In this document: positions 37,801 through 51,000 of the stretch, piece after piece
Layout: each line of letters begins with the position of its first letter
Numbering within the stretch: the first letter of the stretch is position 1
From: Lytechinus pictus
Lineage: Eukaryota
Length of the DNA stretch: 60,000 bases
NCBI RefSeq assembly: GCF_037042905.1
Contig: NC_087245.1
Location: forward strand, 13,208,001 to 13,268,000
Direction: 5' to 3'
Program-made: the position numbers and the translations under genes
Notes under the pieces: model-generated
Databases searched by the model: none
What the model was told of the DNA's origin: nothing
What the model saw: the letters and a program-made list of their open reading frames with translations, nothing else

Positions 37801-40800
37801 AAATTTTGTGTAGAAGTTTGGTGACCTTCATGAAGCTCTACCAGATGGAAGCAAACAATTCAAAATCGGTCAACTAATTAAGAATAAGCATTTTTTGTGA
37901 ATTTTTAAAAATGCGCATAAATTAGCATATTTAATGAGTTTCAAAATTCTATGAAGAAGTTTTGAATCCCCTACCTAGCATGCCTAGTGCTATCATATAA
38001 AGCAAACAGAATTGATTCCGGACTAGAAATGGCGAAGAAGAAGCATTTTGAAATTGTGGACGGACGCCACGCCACGGCATAAGCTCATCTAGCCCTTCGG
38101 GCCGGATGAGTTAAAAATCATAGATCCCAATAACTTTATCAAAATGTCAGCAAAATACAAAAAAATGTTAAAATTATACTACTAAAAATAAGGATGTTTC
38201 TAATACATTTTAAAATATTTTTGGAAATTATATTTCAAAAATGTTTTGTTGAACGGTTGATGTTATTGTCATAATATTCTTACAACATTTTTAAAATGTT
38301 TATTTTACATCAAATGTATAACCTTACAAAAATGTTAGTAGTATTATCAAGTTTCTGAAAAAATTATATTCATATCATCATAAAACATTGAAAAACATGT
38401 TAATGATACATTTAATTAACGCTTTTGAAAAATATTAGGATTTTTTTTTTTCAAGAACGTTAAGTCAAAATGATACATAAACATATAGTTTCATAACATT
38501 TATTATCACATCCAATGTACGTACATGTATATAACATTATAAAATTGTATATCTGTTTTGTTTCTCAACAATTTATGTTAAAATTATCAGGATGTTTCTA
38601 ATATATTTTTTAAAGTTAACATTTTGGAAAACACTTGAAAACATTCAAGAATGCTTTGTTGAGATGTTGTAAAACCATATTTCATATCGATCATTTCATT
38701 TCAAGTATTCTAACATTTTCAAAATGCTATTTTAACATCGAATTCATGTACATGTAGATGTCAATAAAATGTTATTGTGTTCCTATCAAAATATTAATTC
38801 AATATGCAAAAACGGCAAAATTATCATGTATCTACTATATTTATAAGAAAATCATAACATCAAAAATGTTTTGTCGAAATATTTTGAAAACAAACATTCA
38901 TGACTTTTTTTATCATCATCATAGTCATTTCATCGAACGTTTGAAAAAAAAAAATATTCACATTAATTATGTAACATTATAAAAACGTTAGAAAAATATC
39001 ATTTGTGTCTTAAGAATGTTTTTTTTCATCAACTATGGGTAAAGATCTATGTAACATTTAGAAAAATATATCTGCTTGGCATCATAATATTAACGTTTAT
39101 TTCATGTTTAACATCAGGGGAATATTGTTTCATTAATGTTATACAAATGTTCTTAAAAATTTCTTTTGAAAGCATTTCTAGGATCTTTCATGAATGTTAT
39201 TCCTTGTTATTATACTAGTTAGCTGGGTATGGACATGGATGTCCATAGTATGGACATGGATGTCCACAGTATGGAATACACTGCAAACACATGCATATCA
39301 AACCATGTCCAAACCATGGAGCTATATATAGCTCCATATACAAAAACCACTGACTGCCCCTTATCATGGAGGTCATTTCATGGAAGCAACAGGGTCCTGG
39401 TTTTCATAGTCTAGTCTTATAAACTGTAATACTTATTCCACGGATGAAATCATTGGGTAAGAGAAAAAACATTTCAATAGAATAAAATGTGAATATCAAA
39501 TTATCATGGTGGTATATGTCTATTCTGTAGAACATTGGTCACATCTGTGTATTTTCATCGTCCTTGGGGGTAAACTTGTATTTGAGTGGAGGCAAAAGTT
39601 TGGTACAAGAGACTAGTCGTACATGTAGGCCACTGGTCTGGTTTCCCCTGACCCTCCACTGCCCATTGACCACGATGGGGGTGGGGGCCAGGATCTGTTG
39701 ATGCTGCCTGAGCCAGAGATGTTTACCAGCTGTTGCCTCCTTGTGACTGGTGTAGTCTACTTATTCAAACTTTGATACTTGGTTCATGGGTGGAATCATT
39801 TGGCGAGAGAGGAAGGCGCTGAATAGATATTTTTTAAGTGCATGAACACGGAGCCTTATGTTTACAGTGTAAAAAAAAAACACAACTTTGCATTTTTCAC
39901 CCTGTTAGAGGTGAAGTTGTTTTGGGTAAACTTGTGTCTTGTTTGGTGTGTGAGACTAGGGCACCTGACCCCCTACCGTGTAACTTGTTTGATTGATGCC
40001 TAGCTTTTCTGGTACAGCAAAGTTTTGTACTGGACCTTGTTGGGGAGGGAAGATGAGTGGATTGGCGCTGATTAGAGATTGGGAGACATGTGCCCTCTAT
40101 GTTAGCTTTGGGAAAAAGCACTTCCAAACAACAAGGTCCAATCTGGACTACCTGTAGGCCTATACCAAAGTTATTTAAACTTTTCAGAAACTTAGCTTAT
40201 ATTAATTTAGTGTTGAAATAATACTTGTGTCAGAAGTTGGATTTTTTAAGGAAACTATTTTTGTACAAGTATATGTTTTCAAAAAATCAAATTTCTGCTT
40301 CCAAATAAAAAAAAAATTCATGGGATATAGCAGCCTCTTTAATTTATGAAATAATCTCTCTACCCTGAAATCCCCAGAATAGTAGATCAGCACCGGTTGG
40401 TTACCTAATAACTTTGACCACATGCACGTTGCAAAACTTCACATTTTCCGATTTTGAGAAAATTACAGACATCCATCATGCTATGGTTCACTGAGCACTT
40501 ATGGGGTTTTCAATTAGGGGGTTTGATTCCTTCTCTTTAGATCTTTGGCTGGAAAATTTAATAAGCAAAAAAACAAGTAATCAGTTAAACTGTTGGGCAT
40601 TTTGTCTCAGAAAAATTTTCCAGTGAAAAAAGGTCATCAGCAAAAATTGTTAGGGCGTTTCCTCCCCCCCCCCCAAAAAAAATGCTTTCCTCCCATATTT
40701 TTTCTTGCCATTGAAACTTTAGGGGGATAAGACTGGACTAGATTAGACCTTAATATGTACTGGATTGTTCAGTGAAATATCGTACATTTTTTTACATTTT

Positions 40801-43800
40801 GAAACAGATATATGATGGGATTTCACAAGACTGTATTTACACATCACCCTGGAAAGTGTAGAGCTCTTCCAGGCATTGGTGAGTTTATAAAGATTCTTTT
40901 TGATACTTTTATTCTGAATAAAGAGTATAAACTGTGATGTATCAAGTATTGTCCTATGTGGAACAGTCAACCTAAAGAGGAAAGACATATTATGAAGCAT
41001 ATTTCTAGAGATACTCCGAACTGAATCAATTCTAAAAAGTTTTTCATAATTTTCGTAATTGTTTCCATAATCTTCAGAAAGGTATTGTAAATCTAAAATC
41101 AAGTGCCTGTACATTTGGCATAGGAAATGCTTTGAGCTATATTACTGCCCCTCAAATTTATGTTGAAAGCATCTTTCCGCATCTCTGTAAAACTATTCAA
41201 TCAATATAAAACTCGGCCAAGTTTTACTGAAGTAGTGAAATTGTTTTGAATGATACTAGTATAATAATTTTTACTAAATAACAGGTGCAACAAATTACAG
41301 CCAATGGCAGCAGTTGAGACTATAGCCAGAATCCATCATGATATTATTTGGAACCCTCGTTTTGGGGTTTGGCATCATCAGAATTTCTCATTCACTAACC
41401 TTGCCTTATCACGTTGTCTCATGGATGACACAAGAATGTGAAAATGGTTATGAGAAGAAATGACAATGATATCATTATCACTATTAAATGGATATGTTTC
41501 TCCATTTCCCTTTTGCCACCTTTAGTGTTACTTGTAATTTTGACTAATTTTTAAATAAATTTTTCTCAAATGAAGTGAATGGTTCTGAGGATATTGTGAC
41601 TTCATCTAATGGACTTGCATTTATATCATCTGTAAGTACAACTGGGTTGACTTTGCTTACCAAATTTGAATAGCATATTTGGTCATAAGATTAAGAGAAA
41701 AGCTCTCAACTGAGTTCTGTACAGACCTTTTTAAAAATTCTTTTGTGTAGCATCCCAATCATTTCAATCACATCTTAATTTGCTCTGCTACACAAAAGAC
41801 TATGGGAAGCAGAAAGAGAGGCAGATGGACAGAGACAGTGAACAAAATCAATTAGAAGTGCAGGATAGGGGGGCGATTTTTCATTGAAAATTTTGTTATG
41901 ATTTGATTTTTTAAGAAAGCATTATTCATTTTTGCAAGTAGGCCCTATTATCAGTAGGGTACAAAATGGTAATATTTCTATTTCTGTGTATGGTAACTCC
42001 CGTAGGAACTCTGCAGGACAGCATTTTGCTGGTAAATGCCAAGCTGGTATATAACCAATTACCTATAGGAAACATTTGTACATCTACGTTAATCAGTCAT
42101 GGCTGACCTTATAGACGACAAATATTACTCTTGGGCCTTTTTATCAAAGTGGAGGTAATGGCAGAGTGGGGATTCAAACTCATAACCTTGTGATTGTGAG
42201 TCTAATGCTCTAACCACTGGACCACACGACCCATGTGGATCCTAATTATAAATTGACTGATTCTTTATTATAAATTGACTGAATCCTATCATATGATTAT
42301 TATCTTTTTTGCATATAGGAGTGGGCTATACATGGGTCAAAAATACTTTTTTTGTCATTTCAATATGGCAACAGTTTTTATCTATTCCTTGTAATGTATC
42401 TCAACATGAAATGACAATATTTTTTGTCTCGGGTCCGAGAAAAAAGTGTGCCGGGCCAAAATCCAAAATGGCCGCCAAAATCCCCCAAAATCACAGTTTT
42501 GGCTACAACTTCTCTATTTGGTGGTCTTTTTCTCTGGTTTTGGTGTCTATTCATATGTTTTGGGGGCAGGCAATTTGTTTTACCTAAAATTAGTACTTAA
42601 AAACCATTATTTGTAGAGTTAAAAGGTGATTTTTGCCAAAATTTACACATTTTTAGACCCTTTATTCAGCCCAAAATTTGATTTCACCGTCTTGTGGTTC
42701 TTGGATATTGGACGATACAAGCTCCGCAATACCAAGTAGTTTCATATAGCTATATTGCTCTTATTCCTCTACTTTGGGTTTTACGGATATTTGCGAAATA
42801 TATAATATTAAATAAAAATATTTATCTGTAGGGGTTATACAGTATACATTGTATTGTACATACTGCACTGCATACATGTCCATGCATTGACCACCATGAC
42901 ACGGTCTGTATGTAAACTATAGTGTCATAGACATGAGCTACTGAGAAATTGAAGATACTGTATGTTTTGTCTCAGAAGTTGAAGACATGTTTTGTCAATT
43001 ATGCTCATTCAGGGGGTGGAGAGAGGAAAATATTAACAATGGATTTTAGTCAACCCCACATTATGGCACTTACACTGTGGCTATGATTATGGTAACTTTG
43101 CTGTCCAATGGTAACTTGTATGCATGGAATCCTTGATTCTGATTGGCCGTTGAACAGTGTTACCTTGGTAGTTACCTGACCCCATAGGGTTAGACCACCA
43201 GGTAAAAACAAGCCTCCAAATGAAGAAGATATGGCTAAAGCCTGCTAAAAATGTGATGTACGTACATATACATGTACACGTACATGATTCTTATGTGCAA
43301 TTTATGTTTATCATCTGGTTACATCATGTACATCAGCTAACAAGCAATCAAATTCACAAGTCACAATCTAATTCTAAACCTCAGGAGCTCACTTAAACTA
43401 TGACACTATAGTTTATACATGTATGCAGGACTTGTTATATATGTCATGGTGGTCAATGCATGGATATATGCAGTGTACAGTATTAACAGTACATTGTTCT
43501 GTACATGAATATACCGTACAGCCCCTATGGATAAATGACATTTTATTTTATTTGATAAGATGTATTTCGCAAATATCCGTCAACCCCAATTTTGGAATAA
43601 AAGCAATATACATGTAGCTATAAAAAGCTGCTTACTACTGGTCAACATGTTATCGTCTGATATCCAAGAACCACGAGACGATGGAACCTAATTTGGGGCT
43701 AAAAACAGGGTCTAAACATTTGAAAATTTAAGTAAAATCACCTAACTCTACAAATAATGGTTTAAAAGTACTAATTTTAGGTAAAACAAATTGCCTGCCC

Positions 43801-46800
43801 CCCAAAACATGAATAGACACCAAAACGAGAGAAAAAGACCACCAAATAAAGAAGTTGTGGCCAAAACTGTGATTTTGGGGGTTTTGGCGGCCATTTTGGA
43901 TTTTGGCCCGGCACACTTTTTTCTCGGACCCGAGACAAAAAATATTGTTATTTCATGTTGAGATAAGGTAAAAGGAATACAAAAAACTGTTGCCACAGTA
44001 AAACCAAAAATCACCCATTTATAGCCCACTCCTAATATAATGATCCAAGAGTCAAGAGGAACTTTCATCAGTCACAGAGTTTAATTGTATTGACGCATAA
44101 TAACATAAACCCAATGGGTAACTGGCATTACATCTTGGATTCAGTGTGTGTTAGGTCTAGTTTAGAGCTCAATTTGTCCTTAAATAGAGCCTATATTTGA
44201 AGCAATTTAAAACTCTATATGTATCAATAAAATGTATGAGGTCTATAATGCAAATATGGACTGCTATGTATTAGGCTGTGAGGGATATTTTCCATATCTT
44301 GCATTTCATACCAGTCCTTCTACCACCCTAGACCGTAGTCTCTGAATGACTGAAAGACCCATATAGACAGTGATAATGTCATAGTGACAGTGATAATTTC
44401 ACCAACATCCTTCAGTTAATATCATGGCCATGGTAGCATTCTTTTGAATAGGTTGCCTGTAGTATGTATCGCATACATGTACATGTAGATTATATTGAAA
44501 GGTGGATTCCTCTGTTGTACTAGGGTCTCCTGATGTTAGTTGAACCAAACCAAGGAACATTGGGTAAAGTCTTTCTCTTTGACTTCAATTATCCTGATGA
44601 TGATCCTCAAGACATTCAGATCATTGGTCTCGATCCTGCAGAATGGGTGCCTGTTGGAATGGATATCTGGGAGAGCGGACCAAAAGGTATTCTCAGAAAA
44701 TATTTCTTGATATTAACATTCAGTGCCCTTGAAGTCCCAAGTGGGAACAACAGTGAACTGTCACAGGGATCAGTGAACTGTCACATGGATCATATCAATC
44801 ACCAACTTGGATTGTACAGTTTTGGTACTTCTGACAGAATGGATGGGAAGAAAGTCTCAGAAATATATTACTTTCACTATTTTTCACTGAATTTAGCACC
44901 ATCATAAAGGCAGTCAGTTCAAGTTTTTATGGGGAATGGGTTATAATTTGCTGAAACCAGGCTTGCAAAAAGCACTGGGGATAGGCCTACATGCAAAATT
45001 GTTCATTTTGTAAAATTTAAAGTCTACTTTAATCATTTCTTGGAAAAAAAAATTGGCACAATGTGTATGTCTATCCACATGTTGAAGGAACATATTGAGG
45101 TTGTTACTACGTGTATTACAATGGAGTGAGAATTTGTTACACATAAAACAAAAATGTTGTTTTTCACTGTAATTTTATCATAAGAAGTTACCCCAGTGAC
45201 AACTCACTATTTCATATGATCTGACTTATACATTATTATTGAATTATTTTATTATTATTATTTTTTTTTTGGGGGGGGGAGCTACTTCCGTGTTTCATTA
45301 ATTTTTAAATTGCAATTCCTATATAAAGAATTAATGATTGAATAATTTGATTGCAGAAACAATTGATTTTTTACACTTACAAAAAAAAAATCAGTTTTAA
45401 GTTGCATTTATTTGCAACATTTTCTGCTAAGGCCCTATATGTTCCCTTACCAAAAAAAAGAGATTGAAAATTATAGATTAAATTTCAAAGTTTGATCAAA
45501 ATATGTTTTGTCATTCTCACTTTCGTTTAGATAATCCCATACTGACCCTGTATATTATCAATCGGCACCCCGATAGAATTGGGATTGAGGTGTTTGACTT
45601 TTCATACCAGAAGAAGATACCTACCTTAACACATCAGAGAAGAATACACCACAAGAATATTTGGAGGTTGGTTATCATTCATGACAAGAAAATTTTCCAT
45701 TCAGCTCTGCTATGTTATCTCTGATTTCATTAAAAGTGTTTGTTTTTGCATTGTATTATTTTTCAAATATCGTAATCATCTTTATCATCATTATCATCAT
45801 CATCCACAGCATATATAAAGTGCCATTTTTCTGTTAAAAACATTAATAGGCCCAAAAATATTCATCATCATCATCTTTATAATCACCATCATCTTCACCA
45901 TGGTCATTATTATCACTATCACCAGGATCCAGGGGTGGTATTCTGGAACACTGTCATAACTTTTGTCATAAATTTTGTCATTTCTCTCCGAGATGTGACA
46001 CCGCTACGATTGTCACATATCGGTATTCTGAACATTGTCTTTTCCCTGTCATATCTCTCAAAGTTCCCACCCATCTTTTCGGAAGCAAACCAATCAAAAT
46101 CATTGTTAGTTCCCAGTGGGAGCCCCTCTAGCCAATAGGAAGGCCCCGTTGCAGTAAGGGCGTATGTTTATTGATGCGCTTAATTACAAAGAGAGACAGG
46201 GAACTGTGAAGGATTTTAGAAGAGAAGTAGAAAAAGAAGGAAAACAGAGAAAAAAAGGAGGAATTAATATGTAGGGCCTAACTAATTGTAGCATGAAAAA
46301 ATAATTTTGAAAATTGTCATGGATGATGAGTGAAACTAATACCACAATCTAATCTAAATAATATCATTATATGCTTGACATTCAGTCGGCAGGGTATCGG
46401 CATATTTGTTTCTAAAAGATATGACAAAATTTATGACTGCTACCCCCCTGTCATAACTTTTGTCATATCTTTTCCTTGTAAAAAAAGGATTACACGCATT
46501 TAAAGCCGAATATTTTTGGTGCGCAATGGGAGAAGAGACAAAATTTGTGACAATTTTTGTGACAAAAGTTATGACATCCACCAGAATACCGATTTTGTCA
46601 TATCTCTGAGAAAAGAAAAAATATGGAGAAAAGACAATGTTCAGAATACCGCCCCAGGATTTTTCGAAAGGGGAGGGGCACATTTTTCCAAGGAAAAATT
46701 TGACAAGCAAAAAAAAAAAAATTTCCGTCCACGAAAAGATAAAGGTCTTCACTTTCAAAAGGGGAGGCACACTTCTGTTTTAACGGCATTTTTACATTAC

Positions 46801-47986
46801 AAATTTCAATTGTGCCTCTCAAAAGGGGGGGGGGGGGGGCACAGCCGGCCCGGATCCGCCAGTGGCACCTTCATTTCTATTACCATCGTTATTGTTAATA
46901 ATGCTGTTTTTGCTATTTAGTTCTATCACATTTGCTAATTGTTGATATGGAATTAAATTTCTACAACTACAAAATAGTTTCACATGCCTATCTTGTTTTG
47001 AATTGTTTTATTATTTGCTTTTTCTGCTGCAAAATTATTTGCAGTTATGCAGCCACTCACAAACAATGACACACTATTTCAATTTTCATGGTTTCTGTTG
47101 CTGATGTGTAAATATGTATATTCTTATTTCTCAATCTTAACAGTCCTAATAATCTTGTTCTGGTGGACCAAAATCGCCTCTATGCTTCAAATGACAGATA
47201 TCTTCCAGAATCTCTCAACATTCTTGAGATCTTTTTTCGACTGAGATTAGGTACTGTGGCCTACTATGATGGAGAAGATGCTAGGATTGTTGCACAAGGA
47301 GTAATATTTGCAAATGGTGTTAACATCTCACCAGATAAAAAGTAAATTGAAACAGATCCAATTGTTTTAAGTTGCATTAAAGTAGTTATCATTTAGCATG
47401 TGTTTAGAATGTATAATTAAAGGAACCAGTTGACTGGATAAGATCTTGCTGTAATGCACAGGAATGTGCACTGACTTAGTTTTGAACCCATGTTATTAGA
47501 TTATGAGATCCCCACTCTACCAACTGTGCTACAATGCCCCTTGATTATGAAATAATTCACTTGTCATTTAAAGCCCTCTCATGATTGCTTATGGAACTGT
47601 TTTTGAATTTGGTCTTGCATCAAGATGCCACAACCTTCAATCACTTTTGATCCGATCAACATCAATTTTGTAAGCTACTGTTACTAGTAAAGCAATACCC
47701 TTGGAAAACTCTCCCAGGTGGTCATAAAGGGTTGCATGACCATTTATGAAATCCCTTCAGGTATAAGCTGAATTTATCAACTTTGATAGGTTTGCAGTGC
47801 ATGGTATATATATATATATATATTATATAACTACATCTGCAGTTAAGGCGAATTTTTTTGTCTTCTTTCAATGTCCGCAATATGCCTTAACGCCCTCTAC
47901 CTTCGACTTAACGTCCAAATGTCTATTATGACGGAATAAACCCATTCATAGACTTCGCCCTTATGTAGGATGTATGCATATATACA

Positions 47987-48052
<66 letters not shown>

Positions 48053-51000
48053 CTATTTATTCTTTCACTGTTTTTAAAACTTATAGGTTATTGTACGTAG
48101 CTGCATGTATGGGCGAGGAAATAATAATCTACAGAGTCCAAAGTGATGGAAATCTGGAACAAGAAAAGGTGAGCAGTTGATGTGGCCCTGGAAATATTTG
48201 ATACAACCAAGTAATTTTAGTTCAGTTTAGTTTAGTAATTATGATTCAGAATTATGATTGATTTAGTACTAATTATTTTCATCCCATAATATTGTTATCA
48301 ATTCAAATAATCATGATGATACTAATGGTCAGAATTCATGTATACATATTTTCTTAAACCCCAAAAGACTGGGCTACCTAGTTTGATGCTGTAAAAGGGA
48401 CATAGGGGGCTGAAGCAAAATTATGCTTTTGTTTTCCCAAGCTCCAGCAACTGCTAATCTGAGTTTACAGAAGCTATTCAAATCACATTACTGATAGCTC
48501 ATCACCTAGTGATCAAAGTTCATCCCATGACCAATTACATTTCAAATTTAGTGCTGTAATGATGCAAAGTTCAACACAACACTGAACATGAAATCACCCA
48601 ATGTGTAGATCTAACTATGGTCCGAATCCATGTCTTATCTCTTGGTAGCCAAAATGTAAAAGAAATTTCTTACAGTAGATTCATCACGGGGTGTTTTACA
48701 AAGAGTTGCATGTGACTTAATGTCATGCTTTTACCCAATGAACATCTGGTGGAACTTCATTCATGATTACCCAGTATTGTCCCCTATTAAAACATCATGA
48801 TCCCTTCTAATTCCATAGGTTGTCAATCCCCTGCCCCACCCCTCCCACCCTGCAAGTCCAACACTGGTCTATAGAAATGATCAGTCATTGTTGAGTTTAT
48901 CCTTTGGTCTAAAAATCAAACCCCAGTATACATTGATGTTACTGTCATGTTTCTTTTATTTTCCCTCAGACAATTCCCCTGGGTACTGTTCCTGATAACA
49001 TCAATATTGATCCAGATGATGGATCTCTTTGGATCGGCAGCAGTTTTGTAATGTACCACTTCTTCAATCGAGTGGGAAAACTAGGTGGGGTTGGTCAGGT
49101 GAGTATATGGTTTCATGCCAAAGCTTGTGCATTCATTTCGTCCCATTAACGATTCAACTTCAGTAGTTTTTATAACCGAGGAGGGGACTTTCATAACAAC
49201 AAGAACACTATGGTTGTATGCAAAAAGCATGTAAAAAGGGTTTTTCAAAGAGAAAAAGGAACAACAACTTCCAAAATCCAGTGAAAAGGTATACTTTTCA
49301 AGAACCTGATATGTGTATAGGTTATATTTCAAACTTTCGTGAAAGTGAAATATTCGAGGCGTTATTTAGGATGGAGAAAACATAAAAACTACCTTTTTAA
49401 GGTATTCTGAGATCAGAGGATGATAGATGTTTAGGGTCCATTTTCAAAGTCCATGTGCTAGTGTGGTGTTCACCTTTCTAAATTATTGAGTACATAATTT
49501 TCTACAAATAAGATGACACCATTTTATTGTCTCGCCTGCATAGCAGAGCGAGACTATAGGCGCTGCTTTTCCGACGGCGGCGGCGGCGTCAACATCAAAT
49601 CTTAACCTAAGGTTAAGTTTTTGAAATGACATCATAACTTAGAAAGTATATGGACCTAGTTCATGAAACTTGGACATAAGGTTAATCAAGTATTACTGAA
49701 CATCCTGCCTGAGTTTCAGGTCACATGACCAAGGTCAAAGGTCATTTAGGGTCAATGAACTTAGACCATGTTGGGAAAATTATTTTCAAAATCTTAACCG
49801 AAGGTTAAGTTTTTGAAATGACATCATAACTTAGAAAGTATAGGCGCCGCTTTTCCGACGGCGGCGGCGGCGTCAACATCAAATCTTAACCTAAGGTTAA
49901 GTTTTTGAAATGACATCATAACTTAGAAAGTATATGGACCTAGTTCATGAAACTTGGACATAAGGTTAATCAAGTATTACTGAACATCCTGCCTGAGTTT
50001 CAGGTCACGTGACCAAGGTCAAAGGTCATTTAGGGTCAATGAACTTTGGCCAAGTTGGGGGTATTTGTTGAATTACCATCATAACTTTGAAAATTTATGG
50101 ATTTAGTTCATGAAACTTGGACATTAGGTTAATCAAGTACCACTGAATATCCTGTGCGAGTTTCAGGTCACATGACCATGGTCAATGGTCATTTAAGGTC
50201 AATGAACTTTGGCCGTGTTGGGGGTATATGTTAAATTACCATCCTAACTCTGAAAGTTTATGGATCTAGTTCATAAAACTTGGACATTAGGTTAATCAAG
50301 TACCACTGAATATCCTGTGTGAGTTTTAGGTCACATGACCATGGTCAATGGTCATTTAAGGTCAATGAACTTTGGCCGTGTTGGGGGTATTTGTTGAATT
50401 ACCATCCTAACTCTGAAAGTTTATGGATCTAGTTCATAAAACTTGGGATATAAGAGTAATCAAGCATCACTGAACATCCCCTGTGAGTTTCAGGTCACAA
50501 AACCAAGTCAAAGGTCAGTTAAGGTCAATAAACTTAGGCCATGTTGGGGTAATTGTTGAAGTGCCATCATAACTTTGAAAGTTTATGGATAGAGTGAATG
50601 AAATGTGGACATGGGTGTAGTTGACAGTCTTAAGTCTCTGTTCAAATGTCATTTATGGTCAATGAACGTGGTATTATGTCATTATATGAATGATGTTTTT
50701 GTTAATGATTATTTTATAGTAGTTTTCAAAGTTAGCACTGCTGCTATATTAAATTGCGTAATGCAGGCGAGACTGCCAGAGGCGTTCCACTTGTTAGTTT
50801 AATTCTTTGCTATTATTCTTAATGCTTAGGTTTTGGTACTTCATGTAAACGGCTTCACAAAACATTGACCAGAGCAGCTATGCATTACTGTAACCAAGTT
50901 CATATTGAAAATGTTTTTTTTTTCTACTTTGGATAACTAAGCTGGGTTCCAAAAGAAACTTCTCAAACTTTACAAGGGCACTGCACAAATTCTACTTTGT

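Larger units (their letters stand above)
31835..40150. mobile_element. 8.3-kb foldback / Mutator-like non-autonomous element with about 0.8-kb TIRs and 9-bp TSD (CCTGTAGGC)
   Basis: Left arm 31835-33130 (includes a 481-bp insertion) and right arm 39348-40150 are near-identical reverse complements. CCTGTAGGC at 31826-31834 and 40151-40159. Confidence 0.9.

Noticed and set aside
33130..39348. Transposase inside the 8.3-kb foldback element
   Set aside because: No ORF over about 90 aa and no DDE-like motifs seen; the interior is MITEs and AT-rich repeats.
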